Shown piece by piece: positions 1 to 12,709 of a stretch of DNA of 64,000 bases. The position numbers and the translations under genes are program-made. The notes below the pieces were generated by a model. That model made no database searches, was not told the DNA's origin, and was given only the letters and a program-made list of their open reading frames with translations. The stretch is from Amoebophrya sp. A120 (lineage: Eukaryota > Protista > Dinoflagellata), in the NCBI GenBank assembly GCA_905178155.1, contig CAJINV010000025.1:102453-166452 (forward strand). Reading direction: 5' to 3'. Position 1 is the first letter of the stretch; each line of letters starts with the position of its first letter.

Positions 1-3000
1 TCTTGTTTAGAGTTTCTCTCGGTTGAGGTTTCTCCTATTTGAGGTCTCTCCTGGTTGAGGTTTTTCCTGTTTAGAGTTTCTCTCGGTTGAGGTTTCTCCT
101 ATTTGAGGTCTCTCCTGGTTGAGGTTTTTCCTGTTTAAGCTTTCTCCTGGCTGCGGTTTCTCCTGGTTGAGGTTTCTCCTTGCTGGGGTTTCTCCTGGTT
201 GAGGTTTCTCCCGGTTGAGGTTTCTTCTGGTTGGGGTTTCTCGTGGTTGGCGTTTCCCCTATTTGATGTTTCTCCTGGTTGAGGTTTCTCCTATTTGATT
301 TTTCTCCTGGGTGGAGTTTCTCCTGGTGGAGGTTTCTGCTGGTTGGGGTTTCCCCTGGTTGAGGTTTCTCCTGGTTGAGGTTTCTCCTGGTTAAGGTTTC
401 TCCCGGTTGGGGTTTCTCCTGGTTGCGGTTTTTCCTGGTTGGGGTTTCTCCTGGTTGAGGTTTCTCATATTTGGGGCGTCTCCTGGTTGGGGTTTCTCCT
501 TGTTGGGGTTTCTCCTGGTTGAGGTTTCTCCTGGTTGAGGTTTCCCCCTATTTGAGCTTTCTCCTGGTTGAGGTTTCTCTCTTTGGGGTTTCTCCTGCTT
601 GAGGTTTCTCCTAGCTGAGGTTTCTCATATTTGGGTCTTCTCCTGGTTGAGGTTTCTCCTGGTTGAGGTTTCTCCTGGTTGGGGTTTTTCCTGGTTGGGG
701 TTTCTCCTGTTTGAGGTTTCTCCTGGTTGAGGTTTCTCCTCTTTGGGGTTTCTCCTGGTTCAGGTTTCTCCTGGTTGGAGTTTCTCCTGGTTGAGGTTTC
801 TAATCCTGCTCGTTGGGGTTTCTCCTATTTGAGGTCTCTCCTGGTTAAAGTTTCTCCTGGTTGGGGTTTCTCCTGGTTAAGGTTTCCCCTGGTTGGAGTT
901 TCTCCTGGTTGAGGTTTCTCCTCTTTGAGGTTTCTCCTCTTTGAGGTTTCTCCTGGTTAAGGTTTCTCCTGGTTGGGATTTCTCCTGGTTGAGGTTTCTC
1001 CTGGTTGGGGTTTCTCCTGGTTGAGGTTTCTCTTCTTTGGCATTTCTCCTGGTTGCGGTTTCTCCTGGTTGGGGTTTCTCCTGGTTGGGGTTTCTCCTGG
1101 TTGAGGTTTCTCCTGTTTGAGGTCTCTCCTGGTTGAGGTTTCTCCTCTTTGGGGTTTCTCCTGGTTGGGGTTTCTCCTGCTTGAGGTTTCTCCTGGTTGG
1201 GGTTTCTCCTGGTTGAGGTTTCTCCTGGTTGGGGTTTCTCCTGGTTGGGGTTTCTCCTGGTTGAGGTTTCTCCTGGTTGGGGTTTCTCCTGGTTGGGGTT
1301 TCTCCTGGTTGAGGTTTCTCCTGGTTGGGGTTTCTCCTGGTTGGGGTTTCTCCTGGTTGAGGTTTCTCCTGGTTGGGGTTTCTCCTGGTTGGGGTTTCTC
1401 CTGGTTGAGGTTTCTCCTGGTTGGGGTTTCTCCTGGTTGGGGTTTCTCCTGGTTGAGGTTTCTCCTGGTTGGGGTTTCTCCTGGTTGGGGTTTCTCCTGG
1501 TTGAGGTTTCTCCTGGTTGGGGTTTCTCCTGGTTGAGGTTTCTCCTGGTTGGGGTTTCTCCTGGTTGGGGTTTCTCCTGGTTGAGGTTTCTCCTGGTTGG
1601 GGTTTCTCCTGGTTGGGGTTTCTCCTGGTTGAGGTTTCTCCTGGTTGAGGTTTCTCCTGGTTGGGGTTTCTCCTGGTTGAGGTTTCTCCTGGTTGGGGTT
1701 TCTCCTGGTTGGGGTTTCTCCTGGTTGAGGTTTCTCCTGGTTGGGGTTTCTCCTGGTTGGGGTTTCTCCTGGTTGAGGTTTCTCCTGGTTGGGGTTTCTC
1801 CTGGTTGGGGTTTCTCCTGGTTGAGGTTTCTCCTGGTTGGGGTTTCTCCTGGTTGGGGTTTCTCCTGGTTGAGGTTTCTCCTGGTTGGGGTTTCTCCTGG
1901 TTGGGGTTTCTCCTGGTTGAGGTTTCTCCTGGTTGGGGTTTCTCCTGGTTGGGGTTTCTCCTGGTTGAGGTTTCTCCTGGTTGGGGTTTCTCCTGGTTGG
2001 GGTTTCTCCTGGTTGAGGTTTCTCCTGGTTGGGGTTTCTCCTGGTTGGGGTTTCTCCTGGTTGAGGTTTCTCCTGGTTGGGGTTTCTCCTGGTTGGGGTT
2101 TCTCCTGGTTGAGGTTTCTCCTGGTTGGGGTTTCTCCTGGTTGGGGTTTCTCCTGGTTGAGGTTTCTCCTGGTTGGGGTTTCTCCTGGTTGGGGTTTCTC
2201 CTGGTTGAGGTTTCTCCTGGTTGGGGTTTCTCCTGGTTGGGGTTTCTCCTGGTTGAGGTTTCTCCTGGTTGAGGTTTCTCCTGGTTGGGGTTTCTCCTGG
2301 TTGAGGTTTCTCCTGGTTGGGGTTTCTCCTGGTTGGGGTTTCTCCTGGTTGGGGTTTCTCCTGGTTGGGGTTTCTCCTGGTTGGGGTTTCTCCTGGTTGG
2401 GGTTTCTCCTGGTTGGGGTTTCTCCTGGTTGGGGTTTCTCCTGGTTGGGGTTTCTCCTGGTTGGGGTTTCTCCTGGTTGAGGTTTCTCCTGGTTGGGGTT
2501 TCTCCTGGTTGGGGTTTCTCCTGGTTGAGGTTTCTCCTGGTTGGGGTTTCTCCTGGTTGGGGTTTCTCCTGGTTGGGGTTTCTCCTGGTTGAGGTTCCTC
2601 CTATTTGAGGCCTCTCCTGGTTGAGGTCTCTCTCCCCTGGTTGGGGTTTCTCCTGGTTAAGGTTTCTCCTGGTTGGGGTTTCTCCTGGTTGGGGTTTCTT
2701 CTGGTTGAGGTTTCTCCTGGTTGAGGTTTCTCGTGGTTGGGGTGTCTCCTGGTTGAGGTTTCTCCTGGTTGGAGTTTCTCCTGGTTGAGGTTTCTCCTGG
2801 TTGGGGTTTCTCCTGGTTGAGGTTTCTCATATTTGGGGTTTCTCCTGGTTGAGGTTTCTCCTGGTTGCGGTTTCTCCTTGTTGGAGTTTCTCCTGGTTGA
2901 GGTTTTTCCTGGTTGAGGTTTCTCCTCTTTGAGGTTCGTCCTCTTTGGGGTTTCTCCTGTTTGAGGTTTCTCCTGGTTGAGGTTTCTCCTGGTTGAGGTT

Positions 3001-4080
3001 TCTCCTGGTTGAGGTTTCTCCTATTTGGTGTTTCCCCTGGTTGAGGTTTCTCCTGGTTGAGGTTTCTCCTGGTTAAGGTTTCTCCTGGTTCAGGTTTCTC
3101 CTGGTTGGGGTTTGGGATTTCTCCTGGTTGGGGTCTCTCCTGGGTGAGGTTTCTCCTGGTTGAGGTTTCTCCTATTTGAGGCCCCTCCTGGTTGAGGTTT
3201 CTCCTCCTTGGGGTTTCTCCTGGTTGGGGTTTCTCCTGGTTAAGGTTTCTCCTGGTTGGAGTTTCTCCTGGTTGAGGTTTCTCCTGGTTGGGGTTTCTCC
3301 TATTTGGGGTTTTTCCTGGTTGAGGTTTCTCCTCTTTGGGGTTTCTCCTGATTGAGGTTTCTCCTGGTTGAGGTTTCTCCTGGTTGGAGTTTCCCCGGGT
3401 TGAGGTTTCTCCTGTTTGGAGTTTCTCCTGGTTGAGGTTTTTGCTATTTGAGGCTTCTCCTGGTTGGGGTTTCTCCTATTTGAGCTGTCTCCTGGTTGAG
3501 GTTTCTCCTGGTTGAGGTTTCTCCTGGTTGGGGTTTCTCCTGGTCGAGGTTTCTCCCGGCTAGAGTTTCTCCTGGTTGGGGTTTCTCCTGGTTGAGGTTT
3601 CTCCTATTTGATGTCTCTCCTGGTTGAGGTTTCTCCTATTTGGTGTTTTTCCTGGTTGAGGTTTCTCCTGGTGAAGGTTTCTCCTGGTTGGGGTTTCTCC
3701 TGGTTGAGGTTTCTCCTATTTGGGGGCTCTCCTGGTTGAGGTCTCCCCTGGTTGAGGTTTCTCCTGGTTGAGGTTTCTCCTGTTTGGGGTTTCTCCTTGC
3801 TGAGGTTTCTCCTCTTTGGGGTTTCTCCTGGTTGGGGCTTCTCCTGGTTGAGGTTTCTCCTGGTTGGGGTTTCTCCTGGTTGGGGTTTCTCCTTTTTTGG
3901 GGTTTCTCCTGGTTGGGGTTCCTCCTGATTGAGGTTTCTCCTGGTTGGGCATTCTCCTGGCTGGGGTTTCTCCTCTTTAGGTTTTCTCCTGATTGGAGTT
4001 TCTCCTGGTCGAAGCCGCCCGCCCCTGTTTGAGGTTTCTCCTGGTTGAAGCTTCTCCTGGCTGAGGTTTCTCCTGGTTGT
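1..4080. repeat. 16-bp tandem satellite (TTTCTCCTGGTTGRGG)n, homogeneous core ~1190-2590, diverged flanks; runs off window start
   Basis: Unit read directly; core mostly follows a GGGG,GGGG,GAGG variant order (48-bp period); decays into unique sequence near 4080. Confidence 0.97.
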
Positions 4081-5470
4081 GGTTCCTCTGCTTGGGATTC
4101 TTCTTTGTCGGGGCCCCTGCTTTCGGTTTTATGTTTGCCAGCGCCCCGAAGGTGCGTGGTGCGCCTATTGTTTTGGTTTTGCGCCTCCGCACCTGTCTGC
4201 GGCGCCGGTGGTTCCCGGTGGCGACGCGGCAGGCCGAGGTCGTGGCGGCGCGTTTGTACCGCTGCAGCCTGCGGCCCGCCTGCGTGGGCCGTTGTTAAGC
4301 TCTGCGCCTCGGGGCGCGGCGCCTTATTTTGTCCGGCACATATTGCGAGGCCGGCGGCAGTGGTTTTGGGCGGGGTTGCCGTCGCAGCGCTGCGCGGGCG
4401 GCGTTTTTTGCTGTAGCAAACGGGGCGGCTCTCAGATGCCCACTGACTCGCCCGCCCTACCGTTTGTGGGTGTTCTTCAGGCACCGCTCCCATTGTTGTC
4501 CTGCAAAAGAAAGCTGCCTGATGCCCCTGGCCCCTCTCTGCCTTGAGGGCTCGTCATTTCTTTCGGCGGCGTGTTTGTGTGCTCCGACAGCCTCCTGCCT
4601 GGCTGATGGTTTTCCGACACCCTCCGGCCCGGAGGAGTTTTTTTGTTTTCGCTGCTTCCAATGCGAATGCGGGGGTGTGTGAGAGAGTTTCTTTGATGTT
4701 GGAGGTTTGCCTGAATTGTATTTCTTGTCATTTTTCTTGTCTAAGAAGCTTGCGCTACATTGTATTTCTTGCCCTTGTAGTTTTTTGCCCATGTGCCAGA
4801 GCCAAGGAGACCTGTTTTTTACCTTGGAAAGGTCCTGTGTCTCGGTTTTTTCTTCGGGAGACTGTTTTGCGCCAGTATTGCTTGCGCAGTGCACCCCCGA
4901 GCGGACCAGATTGTTTTTTTTTTCAGTGGCCTGCGCAACATATCCTCCCCGTGGAACCGAAAGCAAGCGTAGCCTATAGGCCGGCCTTTCTACAGTTGGA
5001 CTTAGAAGTAGATATGGAAGACTAGACAGGTTCAAGCCCTATAGCAGTAAGCTCTTTTTGTTTTTTGCCATGTATCAGAGGGCTTTACTATCTTCATAAG
5101 ATGGGTGCTGGCACTTATCCGTTTGTCTGCACTTGGTTGGCCCCCCTGCTAAAAATCTCTTTGCATTTACTTACCACCATGTCCCCCGCCTTTTGTCTTC
5201 GTTGTGTCTGTGTACGATATGCATGTCTTGCTTCATCTGCCTTCCACAGTGTTGTGCGCTTTGTTTGATTAGTTTCGACCTTGAACTACAGCGAAAAGAA
5301 AGCATAACGCTCTGAAGCGAAGTCATTTTTTTCGTCACAGACCGCCTCTAAATTCGCTTTGGATTGTAATTGTTCGGCGACACATCGCTTGTCGTACCGG
5401 AGAAGCTTTTTTTTCCTTAGAATCTACTGTCTGGGCATTGTGCCGCCAGTAAAAGAAACAAGCAAATAAA

Positions 5471-5737
5471 ATGGCCCGCGGCGCCGCGTCGTCATCAACT
5501 TCGAAAGGGAAGAACAAGAGCAGCGGATCTGTACTGCAGACTGCGATGAAAAGCGCGAAGATGATCGTCGGCACCGCCATGAAGTCAATGGGCGGAAAGA
5601 AGGTGGTCGTCGCAAAAGCCATGAAATCCAGCACGAAGTCCATGAAAGCTGCTGTGGAGAAGAATGTGGGCGGTCGTCCGGGAACGAGGTGGAGTAAGCG
5701 GTTGAAGGACCTCGGGAACTGTGCAGGAAAAACTTGA
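5471..5737 (+). CDS. small Lys-rich basic protein with AMKS repeats
   Basis: ATG-to-stop ORF of 88 aa; TAMKSAK/TAMKSM/KAMKSS repeats; no recognisable domain. Confidence 0.45.
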   Translation: MARGAASSSTSKGKNKSSGSVLQTAMKSAKMIVGTAMKSMGGKKVVVAKAMKSSTKSMKAAVEKNVGGRPGTRWSKRLKDLGNCAGKT

Positions 5738-6680
5738 GCCCGACACCGCGAGCGCTTGTGCTACAGTGCCGCTTAGCAGTTTAGTGCTTGCTTTTTGGAA
5801 CAAGTCAAAATCTACGTCAAGCACTTGCACTGAAATCCGATCCGTGACAAACGTGAAAAAAAAATCGCGTTACTCCAGGAACTTCTTCGGCCTCCTCCTC
5901 TTTTTGCCAGGATGTAGTCCTCGCAATCAGTGCGGCGCGCCTCATGCGGTCGCGTCGTACCTTACGCAACAGCGTGACACAGCTGCAAAGAGCCGACAAA
6001 AAAACGCGCCGCTGCCTACTTAATGCCTGCAAGGCCGTGGCAAAGCCACTGCTAAGGCCAGCGCCGCATCGGTCGCAGGCATTTCAAAGTCAGCGCGCCA
6101 GGGCGTCCGTTCGCCTTGTGTAAGTACACGGAGGGCTGCGCACTCCAGTAGAGCGGAGCTCTTAGATGAGAATCAATCTCGGCTCTGAGCAACTGAAACA
6201 AGTTGTTAGATGAGAATCTCGATGGAGTTACCATGAACAGCTACAGATCAGTCAAGGAACATCAGTGTTGCAACGAAAGACTGCTTGTTCATTGCGGCTG
6301 AGGCTGTGCACTGGGTTCACGGTCAGCACACTGTGCTCCCCAATCAGGTCCTGGATGGTTCTTTGCGCTTCCCTTGCAGCTGCTGCAAAAGAAAACGGGT
6401 GGACGTGATAGCATGTGGATCAACATTTTTTACAACTTGTGCGCAAAATACAACAAACCGCCTCGATGTACTGTGGTTCAAGAACTATGATCTCTACTTA
6501 GACAAAGCGCTGCCGCACAATCGCTGGCGTCACGGGCTCAGGTTGTAATTTTCAATACATATTCAAAAACCGGCGGCAAGCGATAAAAAAGCCCTGAAGA
6601 AATGGCGGGATTCGTACAAACGCGAGAAGGAGCTGCACGAAGAAGCAGCTGCACGCAGAGGAGAAGATCCGGTTTTCGAC

Positions 6681-7343
6681 GTGCCGGTGCTGAACCTCGA
6701 CGACAATGACGATCAAGAAGATGATGACGACGACGATGAACAGGGCGATGAAGAGGACGACGAGGTGGAGGAGGATGACGGCGAGGGTGAGTACGAGGAG
6801 GAGGAGGATGACAGCGAGGGGGAGGAGGATGACAGCGAGGGGGAGGAGGATGACAGCGAGGGGGAGTACGAGTACGAAGAGGAAGAAGATGAAGATGAAG
6901 ATGAAGAACAGGCAGAGGAGAATGCAGCGGTCCCCTGCCAATCCGCAAACACCATCAAACAGCAGCCGCTACAACTCCCTCTGACCACAAGCAACGTGTC
7001 GAAGTCGATGACGTACGTAGCGCAGCGGGTCAGCATGCCAGAAGTGATCCTAGCCTTCGTGTGCGGTGCAATGTTCGCGTTCGTGGTGCTGGCGTACGTC
7101 GTGAACCACCTGATCTGCGCGGGCGTCGTCGAGCTGAAGGTGTACGATGTGCCGATCGGCGGGACTACCACCACGAGTACAACTACTTCCACGTCTTCCA
7201 CAAGCACCTTTCCTCCGACCACCCAGGTCCCGACTTCCAGTTCCTCTTCCACTACTCCCCGCACCACCTCGCGCACCGGCACCCTCAACGAGGACGACCA
7301 GCGGGCCGCATATCGAGATGAAAAATCGCTTTATCCCACATGA
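6681..7343 (+). CDS. acidic-repeat membrane protein, 5' end unresolved
   Basis: D/E tract with 21-bp DDSEGEE repeats, hydrophobic VILAFVCGAMFAFVVLAYVV segment, Thr/Ser tail; frame is open upstream with no ATG found. Confidence 0.55.
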   Translation: MPVLNLDDNDDQEDDDDDDEQGDEEDDEVEEDDGEGEYEEEEDDSEGEEDDSEGEEDDSEGEYEYEEEEDEDEDEEQAEENAAVPCQSANTIKQQPLQLPLTTSNVSKSMTYVAQRVSMPEVILAFVCGAMFAFVVLAYVVNHLICAGVVELKVYDVPIGGTTTTSTTTSTSSTSTFPPTTQVPTSSSSSTTPRTTSRTGTLNEDDQRAAYRDEKSLYPT

Positions 7344-8890
7344 CGCCCAGAGGAAATTTTTGCTGTGTGAGAATGAAATTGATATACACAGATGATCGGC
7401 ATCAAGCTGTGCTGTTGAGTCATCGCTTTCAACGTGACTTGTGCTCAATTGTCGTGTGGTGCAAATTTTCATGTCCCTGCGGTAGGGTGGGATGGGGAGC
7501 AGATTGTTCACTTTGATACAAACGACTACTTCTACGGGGGAAGAGTGCCGGGCACGTTCAAGCTGTAATCACGACAGCACGCAGGTCGTGGATACGGGTA
7601 GGTCGATGTGACGGGAGGAAACGGGCGATGAGGTTCTACATATGATCCACAAAAAAACAACAGTGCGGCAATTACAACTGCTTGGCAGTACTCTTCCTTG
7701 CTGCAATGGAATAGGCATCTGTGAGTCAGGCTTTCTTTCTCAGAAAATTGAGTTTCTCTACATGTTTTCAAAGCAGAAGTAAGGTTAGAAGTAGCAAGAG
7801 AGGTAAGTAAGTACTTCCTTCTCTTCTACTTATTTTACAGCCGCAAGAACAAGGTGGCTCTGGCTGCTTATATTCTTGGTCAGCTTATCTCTCCTTCGGA
7901 AAGCAAAAATGATACGAAACAGTTTCAATTGATGAACATCCACTAATTCATGATATTTCGGAGCACACAAGAACATAGTTTCGCTCTATTATACACAACC
8001 CGAACGCACATGTCACAAAATGCATTTCTTTTTTTGGGTACCTCACTTTTAATCAGACACTTGAACGTCTTTGAACAGCAACAGAAGCGCGATAAAAACA
8101 GTCGGAAATTGTACACATGAGGATGACATAGACATTAACATTTAAAGTTGTGAACCTGTACAAAATTGATTTTTTTGTAACTGTACACCGACCATCAACA
8201 TCACATGGCTCCTATCGAGAGCAAAAAAAGCTGTCTTGCGGCGCATCTGCAAACCGTGTATGCCGGTGTTGGGTCATCTCGCCATGGGAGATGGAGCAGC
8301 GTCTTGTCATTCTTCAATGTTGCGTGATCACTATCGGTTATTTCCGTCGTCGATTACGATTAGTGGCAGTGTCTTGAGTCGGTCCTCTTTTGTTCATGTG
8401 TTTTTCCCCCCACAAGGGAAGGTCAAACTTGGCGTAGCTGGAGGTTTGAGTTGGGCGCAGACGAGCTTAGAAGTGTTACTCAATTCCGCTTTTACCTTCA
8501 CAAAGAAAAATTCAAAATACGAAAAACTGCGGTAAAAGTTTTTTTCGGCGGCACAATCAAGAAGGAGCTAGGGGTCAAACACGCACAGCTGTTCTTCTCA
8601 TAGCATACCCTGTCCCACCATCTAGAATTGAATCATTCAAGACTCCGACTACCTCACCTTCTACCAACTGCTTACTTCACCCTTGTAGCACGAAGCAAAC
8701 CCGCGAGTTGCATTTTAGTTCTACGACTTCCACCTCTTCATTTACGTTTGATCGTCGTGTCCCAGCCAAGCCTACTTCGTTTTCAAAACGACTTCAGTGG
8801 ACAGAAGCTTGAAATCAAAACACTGAAACAATTCAAGCTAAGAACTAGTTCCAGTAGCATCTTCTTCCTTGACAAGCAGAATCAACACTC

Positions 8891-9283
8891 ATGGGAGCCA
8901 ACCAATCCGCACCTGCGCCCGTGAACAAGGGGGGGCGCCCGGTGAAAAGCAATGAGCAGGAGATGCAGGAGTTGCTAGACCAGAGGCCGCAGCGGACTCT
9001 GGCTCGGTTGCCGAACGGCGACTTGCAAGAGGTGGACGCGAACGCTCTGCTGGAGTGGTTTGTCAAGAAGGAGGAGCTGGAAAAAACGCACAAGAAGCGC
9101 GAGGACGAGCGGGCCAGAAAGCAGGCGCAAAGAGACGCGCTCCAGCAGGGAGACGCGGAATCTGCGAAGGAGCATGACAAGAAGCTGCTCGTGCTGCTGT
9201 TCCTCTCGTTGTGCATCAATTTGGGGTTCATCAAGTACCTCTTTGTGTCCGGCACCTCCCACGCGAATCTGTTTGAGTTCTAA
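8891..9283 (+). CDS. hypothetical tail-anchored protein
   Basis: MGANQS start (possible myristoylation), charged helical middle, C-terminal hydrophobic stretch. Confidence 0.6.
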   Translation: MGANQSAPAPVNKGGRPVKSNEQEMQELLDQRPQRTLARLPNGDLQEVDANALLEWFVKKEELEKTHKKREDERARKQAQRDALQQGDAESAKEHDKKLLVLLFLSLCINLGFIKYLFVSGTSHANLFEF

Positions 9284-10364
9284 CCTCGTCGACAAGCAGG
9301 GCTTAGTTCCTGAATACCGGTGCTGCAACCAGAGCTGGCGGTCTGTCGCACGGTGCGATGAAATAGATGCTGGTCAACATGTTGCCGGGACGAGTAGCGG
9401 TGAGCATCTCTTGTGTATAGAAAACTGATGATTGAACAGCACGAATAGATACTTCTTACAGAATTTGCAAACTACATCTTCTCTTCTGTAGTGCGAGGCT
9501 GCTGGTGAAAGGTAGCGCTCGCATTAAAATCGTTAATGAATGTACAACGTTTCCATTTGAGATCGCCAATGAGCATACAATTGTTTCTTCTCTATCTGAT
9601 TTTTTGTTTCAATTTTTCCATAGTGCATAAAACGGTGATCGATGTTACACGAGAAGACATAGAGACATAGGTTTTTTCACTGTGGCGGTTGGTGGGGCAG
9701 AACGCCTTGTGTATGGAAAAGTGTAGACTACCACCATCACAATATGTTTATGTTTGCCGCACTTCCGTGTCGCAAGAGCGTGGCCAGGTGGTGAGTAGAC
9801 TGTCGGCCAAGTGTTGTTGTCTCTTTCTACATTGAATGGTTCCTATCAAGAGCAAACACGAAAGTTGCTCAGTGCGCAGGGGTAAAAACTTAAACTTCTT
9901 TAAGCACAGATTGCGGTCGCGTCATTTTGCGCTGTAACCGTCGATGTTAATGTGAAATGTGTTCCCGTCGACCTCGATGTCATATCCACAGTGTCGACTT
10001 GCTGCTTTCTCGTGGCAGAGCGCCGCGTTGTTGACGCACAATAATTGTTGACAGTGAGAAGTCGCTTGGATTTGAAAATTGACAGTCGCTTCGATTTGAA
10101 AATGAAGAAGGAACTACCGTTGCCGAAACGTAGTGCAGATCCTGGATCAACAACTGTAAAAGACAATTTTGAGCTAGAGACCATGGCCGAGGTTCCCCCA
10201 ATGCACTTATTGTAGTTTTCCTTGCTGGTGGTCACCAGCAACACTTCCACCTGCGCAGAAGTAGGTCTGCGGTATTGTAATAGTGCGAACTTCAATTTGT
10301 GACGAGGATCAAGATCGTGGTTGCCGTGGTCGTATCAATCTGTTTTCCTCTCTTCTGACTTCTG

Positions 10365-11042
10365 ATGAGTGAACACGAGGACGAGCCGCGGTCGGGGCCT
10401 TCAGCTCCAGGACAGGACCACAGGCAGGAAAGGCAGGACCTCCTGGCGCCCAGCAGTGCCTCCGAGGACCCGGCAAGTAGTACATCTGCGGCACCTGCTC
10501 CCGGTGAACGTCAGGAAAATAACGCTGGTGCGGACAATTCTTCACTCGGGGCTCCTGTAGCTGGTACCGGCACTGGAGAACAATCTACGTCGGAGGTCAC
10601 ATCTTTACAACGAGATGAAAATAATGCCACAGCTTCACCTGCTGGTGACACATCACCGCCCTTTCCTGTCCACGAAGCGCAACAAGCACTAGAGAAGACA
10701 GGAGATCTACTGGCCAGAACAAAAGCATCCCCAGCCCACCTCGCGGAGAATTATGCCGCAATAATGAAATGGCACCTGAAACGGTCGGAAGAAAATCTGC
10801 GAGGGGAATTCAACGAAAAGTACGTGACGAAGGACGACTGGATTATTTTCCAAGACGAGCTGACTGTCATCGGGGGCGAGGTCGAACGACATAAGGGCGC
10901 GCTCGAGAAGCAGCTCGACTTGTTTCTGAGCTCCCGCAAAGCATCGGAAAAACTGAGCAAGACAGTGCAATGGCGTATCCTCGAGAAAATCCGTTTTGCG
11001 ATCGTTTTTGCGCAGTCGGCAATACGATCCTTGGTTGCATGA
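10365..11042 (+). CDS. hypothetical protein, possibly exon 1 of a gene continuing at ~11219
   Basis: 225-aa ATG ORF; a phase-0 GT (11034) to AG (11218) join is possible but unproven. Confidence 0.55.
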   Translation: MSEHEDEPRSGPSAPGQDHRQERQDLLAPSSASEDPASSTSAAPAPGERQENNAGADNSSLGAPVAGTGTGEQSTSEVTSLQRDENNATASPAGDTSPPFPVHEAQQALEKTGDLLARTKASPAHLAENYAAIMKWHLKRSEENLRGEFNEKYVTKDDWIIFQDELTVIGGEVERHKGALEKQLDLFLSSRKASEKLSKTVQWRILEKIRFAIVFAQSAIRSLVA

Positions 11043-11173
11043 GATCATGTATAGACAATAATCCCTGTTGTACTGTATTTGCAGGAGGCCAGGCTGTGCT
11101 GGAGTTTCATAACCTTGATTTTTTCCAGAAACGAAGTAGTCAACGTGCATTCTCACCACGTTCGTGAATTTCT

Positions 11174-12709
11174 TTGCCCGAAGATTGTAGTTCTGCGAGA
11201 AATTTTGATATTCTAAAGGCCGAAACAGATTTTCTCGCCAGATGCCTGCTCAAGCACTTTAAGGAGGTCATCAAGAGGGTTCCTGACAGCAACGTCGGGC
11301 TGATGGACCCGTACCAGCCCTCCAGCCCACCGCGCACTACGCCGTCTGCTAGCCCGGAGGACGACGGCGAAGAGGGGAATGACACCACGATAGCAAATCC
11401 AGAACAGCTGCAACTGGAGGAACTTCGCGCGGGAGCGTCGGGAAGCAGTTTGCCGATTTCCTCCCAGCTGGTCGATCCCGTCGAAGGTCACGGAAAAAAT
11501 GGCAGCGACCGCACCGACGACCGCAAAGCAGAAAAGGAGTCGGACGAGGGTCGCTCGGGAAATAACTCAAAGAAATCAGCATCGAACATTGTAGCTTCTA
11601 CACTAGCGCCACACGACGACCACCCATCCGGGGCGGCCGCGCCAACAACGAAGTTTCTTCCATTGCGCGACGCGGCCTTGGAAGGTGTTGACAGTGGAGT
11701 CCCCCCCGCGCCGGCAGAGCAGCATGACCGTCGTCCGCCGGATCGGCAAACGGGATCCTCTACAACGGCGACTACATCACCCGACGACTCGCTCCTGCCG
11801 GCGGGAAGCCCTTCAACTGGGGGGCGCACGTCGAAAAGCTCCGTCTCTAGCACCGGCAACTACCCGTCCCCCCGGGTACTATCTGGGACGACCACCCAGG
11901 GGCCGAATGGGCAAAGTGCCCACACCAGCGCCGATAAGGAAGCTTTTTCCGACTTTGCGAACCCAAGTACAACTGGTGTGCGGACCACAACTTTTCCGGT
12001 CGATCACCGAAAGGATTTGGAGAACCTGGAGAAAGCGCGAGCGAGCATGAAAGGCGGTCTGGTAGCAGCAGCCGGGACGATCCCAGAAAAGGACATGGGC
12101 GACGGCAATGAAACAGGTGGCAGCACTGCAGATGCTGATCATGCTTTCTACAACTTTGTTCGCAAGGAGGCTGCGCTGTTCTGCCGACCAGCCCTGTGCA
12201 CACTCGTGTTGCTCTTGCTGTACCATCTCTTCGTGGTCCGACCACCGTCTTCCTGCTCGGCCGATTCGCCACTCCCCACGTCCGCTAGAGCAAAGTTCTT
12301 GACGAGCGCGGGGAATTTCCCAAACGAAGTCCTCGATCCGCTGGACGAGCAGATGGTTTTGGACCTTCAGATTTTGGAAGCCCTCGCGCCGTTGCTCAAC
12401 CGTACAGCAGCGCTACATGTGATGAACGTGAACAAAATGTCCACCAACGCGACCAGAAACGGAATTGAGGGTCGTGACCAGAAGCTCGCAGAAGCTGTTC
12501 TACCTCTTCTGTCGCAAGAACGCCAGGAGCTCATCAGCGGCTTCGTGCGTCAGTTTGAATTTCTAGTCAACATTTTGTGGAAGAAAAACATCATCGCACC
12601 AGCCGAAATTGCAGAACTCGAAACCATCGAAAATTTTTCGGCCGAGTTGGACAAGCTGCGAAAACGAAATCGGGCTGCGTTCCAAACGCGCTGCCGACTA
12701 GTTCCATGA
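11174..12709 (+). CDS. hypothetical low-complexity protein with one predicted TM segment
   Basis: 511-codon open frame, S/T/P/G-rich linker, ALCTLVLLLLYHLFVV segment. Confidence 0.65.
   Translation: MPEDCSSARNFDILKAETDFLARCLLKHFKEVIKRVPDSNVGLMDPYQPSSPPRTTPSASPEDDGEEGNDTTIANPEQLQLEELRAGASGSSLPISSQLVDPVEGHGKNGSDRTDDRKAEKESDEGRSGNNSKKSASNIVASTLAPHDDHPSGAAAPTTKFLPLRDAALEGVDSGVPPAPAEQHDRRPPDRQTGSSTTATTSPDDSLLPAGSPSTGGRTSKSSVSSTGNYPSPRVLSGTTTQGPNGQSAHTSADKEAFSDFANPSTTGVRTTTFPVDHRKDLENLEKARASMKGGLVAAAGTIPEKDMGDGNETGGSTADADHAFYNFVRKEAALFCRPALCTLVLLLLYHLFVVRPPSSCSADSPLPTSARAKFLTSAGNFPNEVLDPLDEQMVLDLQILEALAPLLNRTAALHVMNVNKMSTNATRNGIEGRDQKLAEAVLPLLSQERQELISGFVRQFEFLVNILWKKNIIAPAEIAELETIENFSAELDKLRKRNRAAFQTRCRLVP

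Noticed and set aside
1-4080. Telomere at the window start
   Set aside because: Unit is 16 bp and the G-rich strand points into the window, the wrong polarity for a left chromosome end.
727-4493. ORFs of repeated GFSWLRFLLV / QEKPQPGE peptides
   Set aside because: Translation artefacts of the 16-bp satellite; all frames give the same peptide.
6538-7288. Minus-strand hydrophobic, Pro-rich and Ser-rich ORFs
   Set aside because: Shadows of the acidic codon repeat on +.
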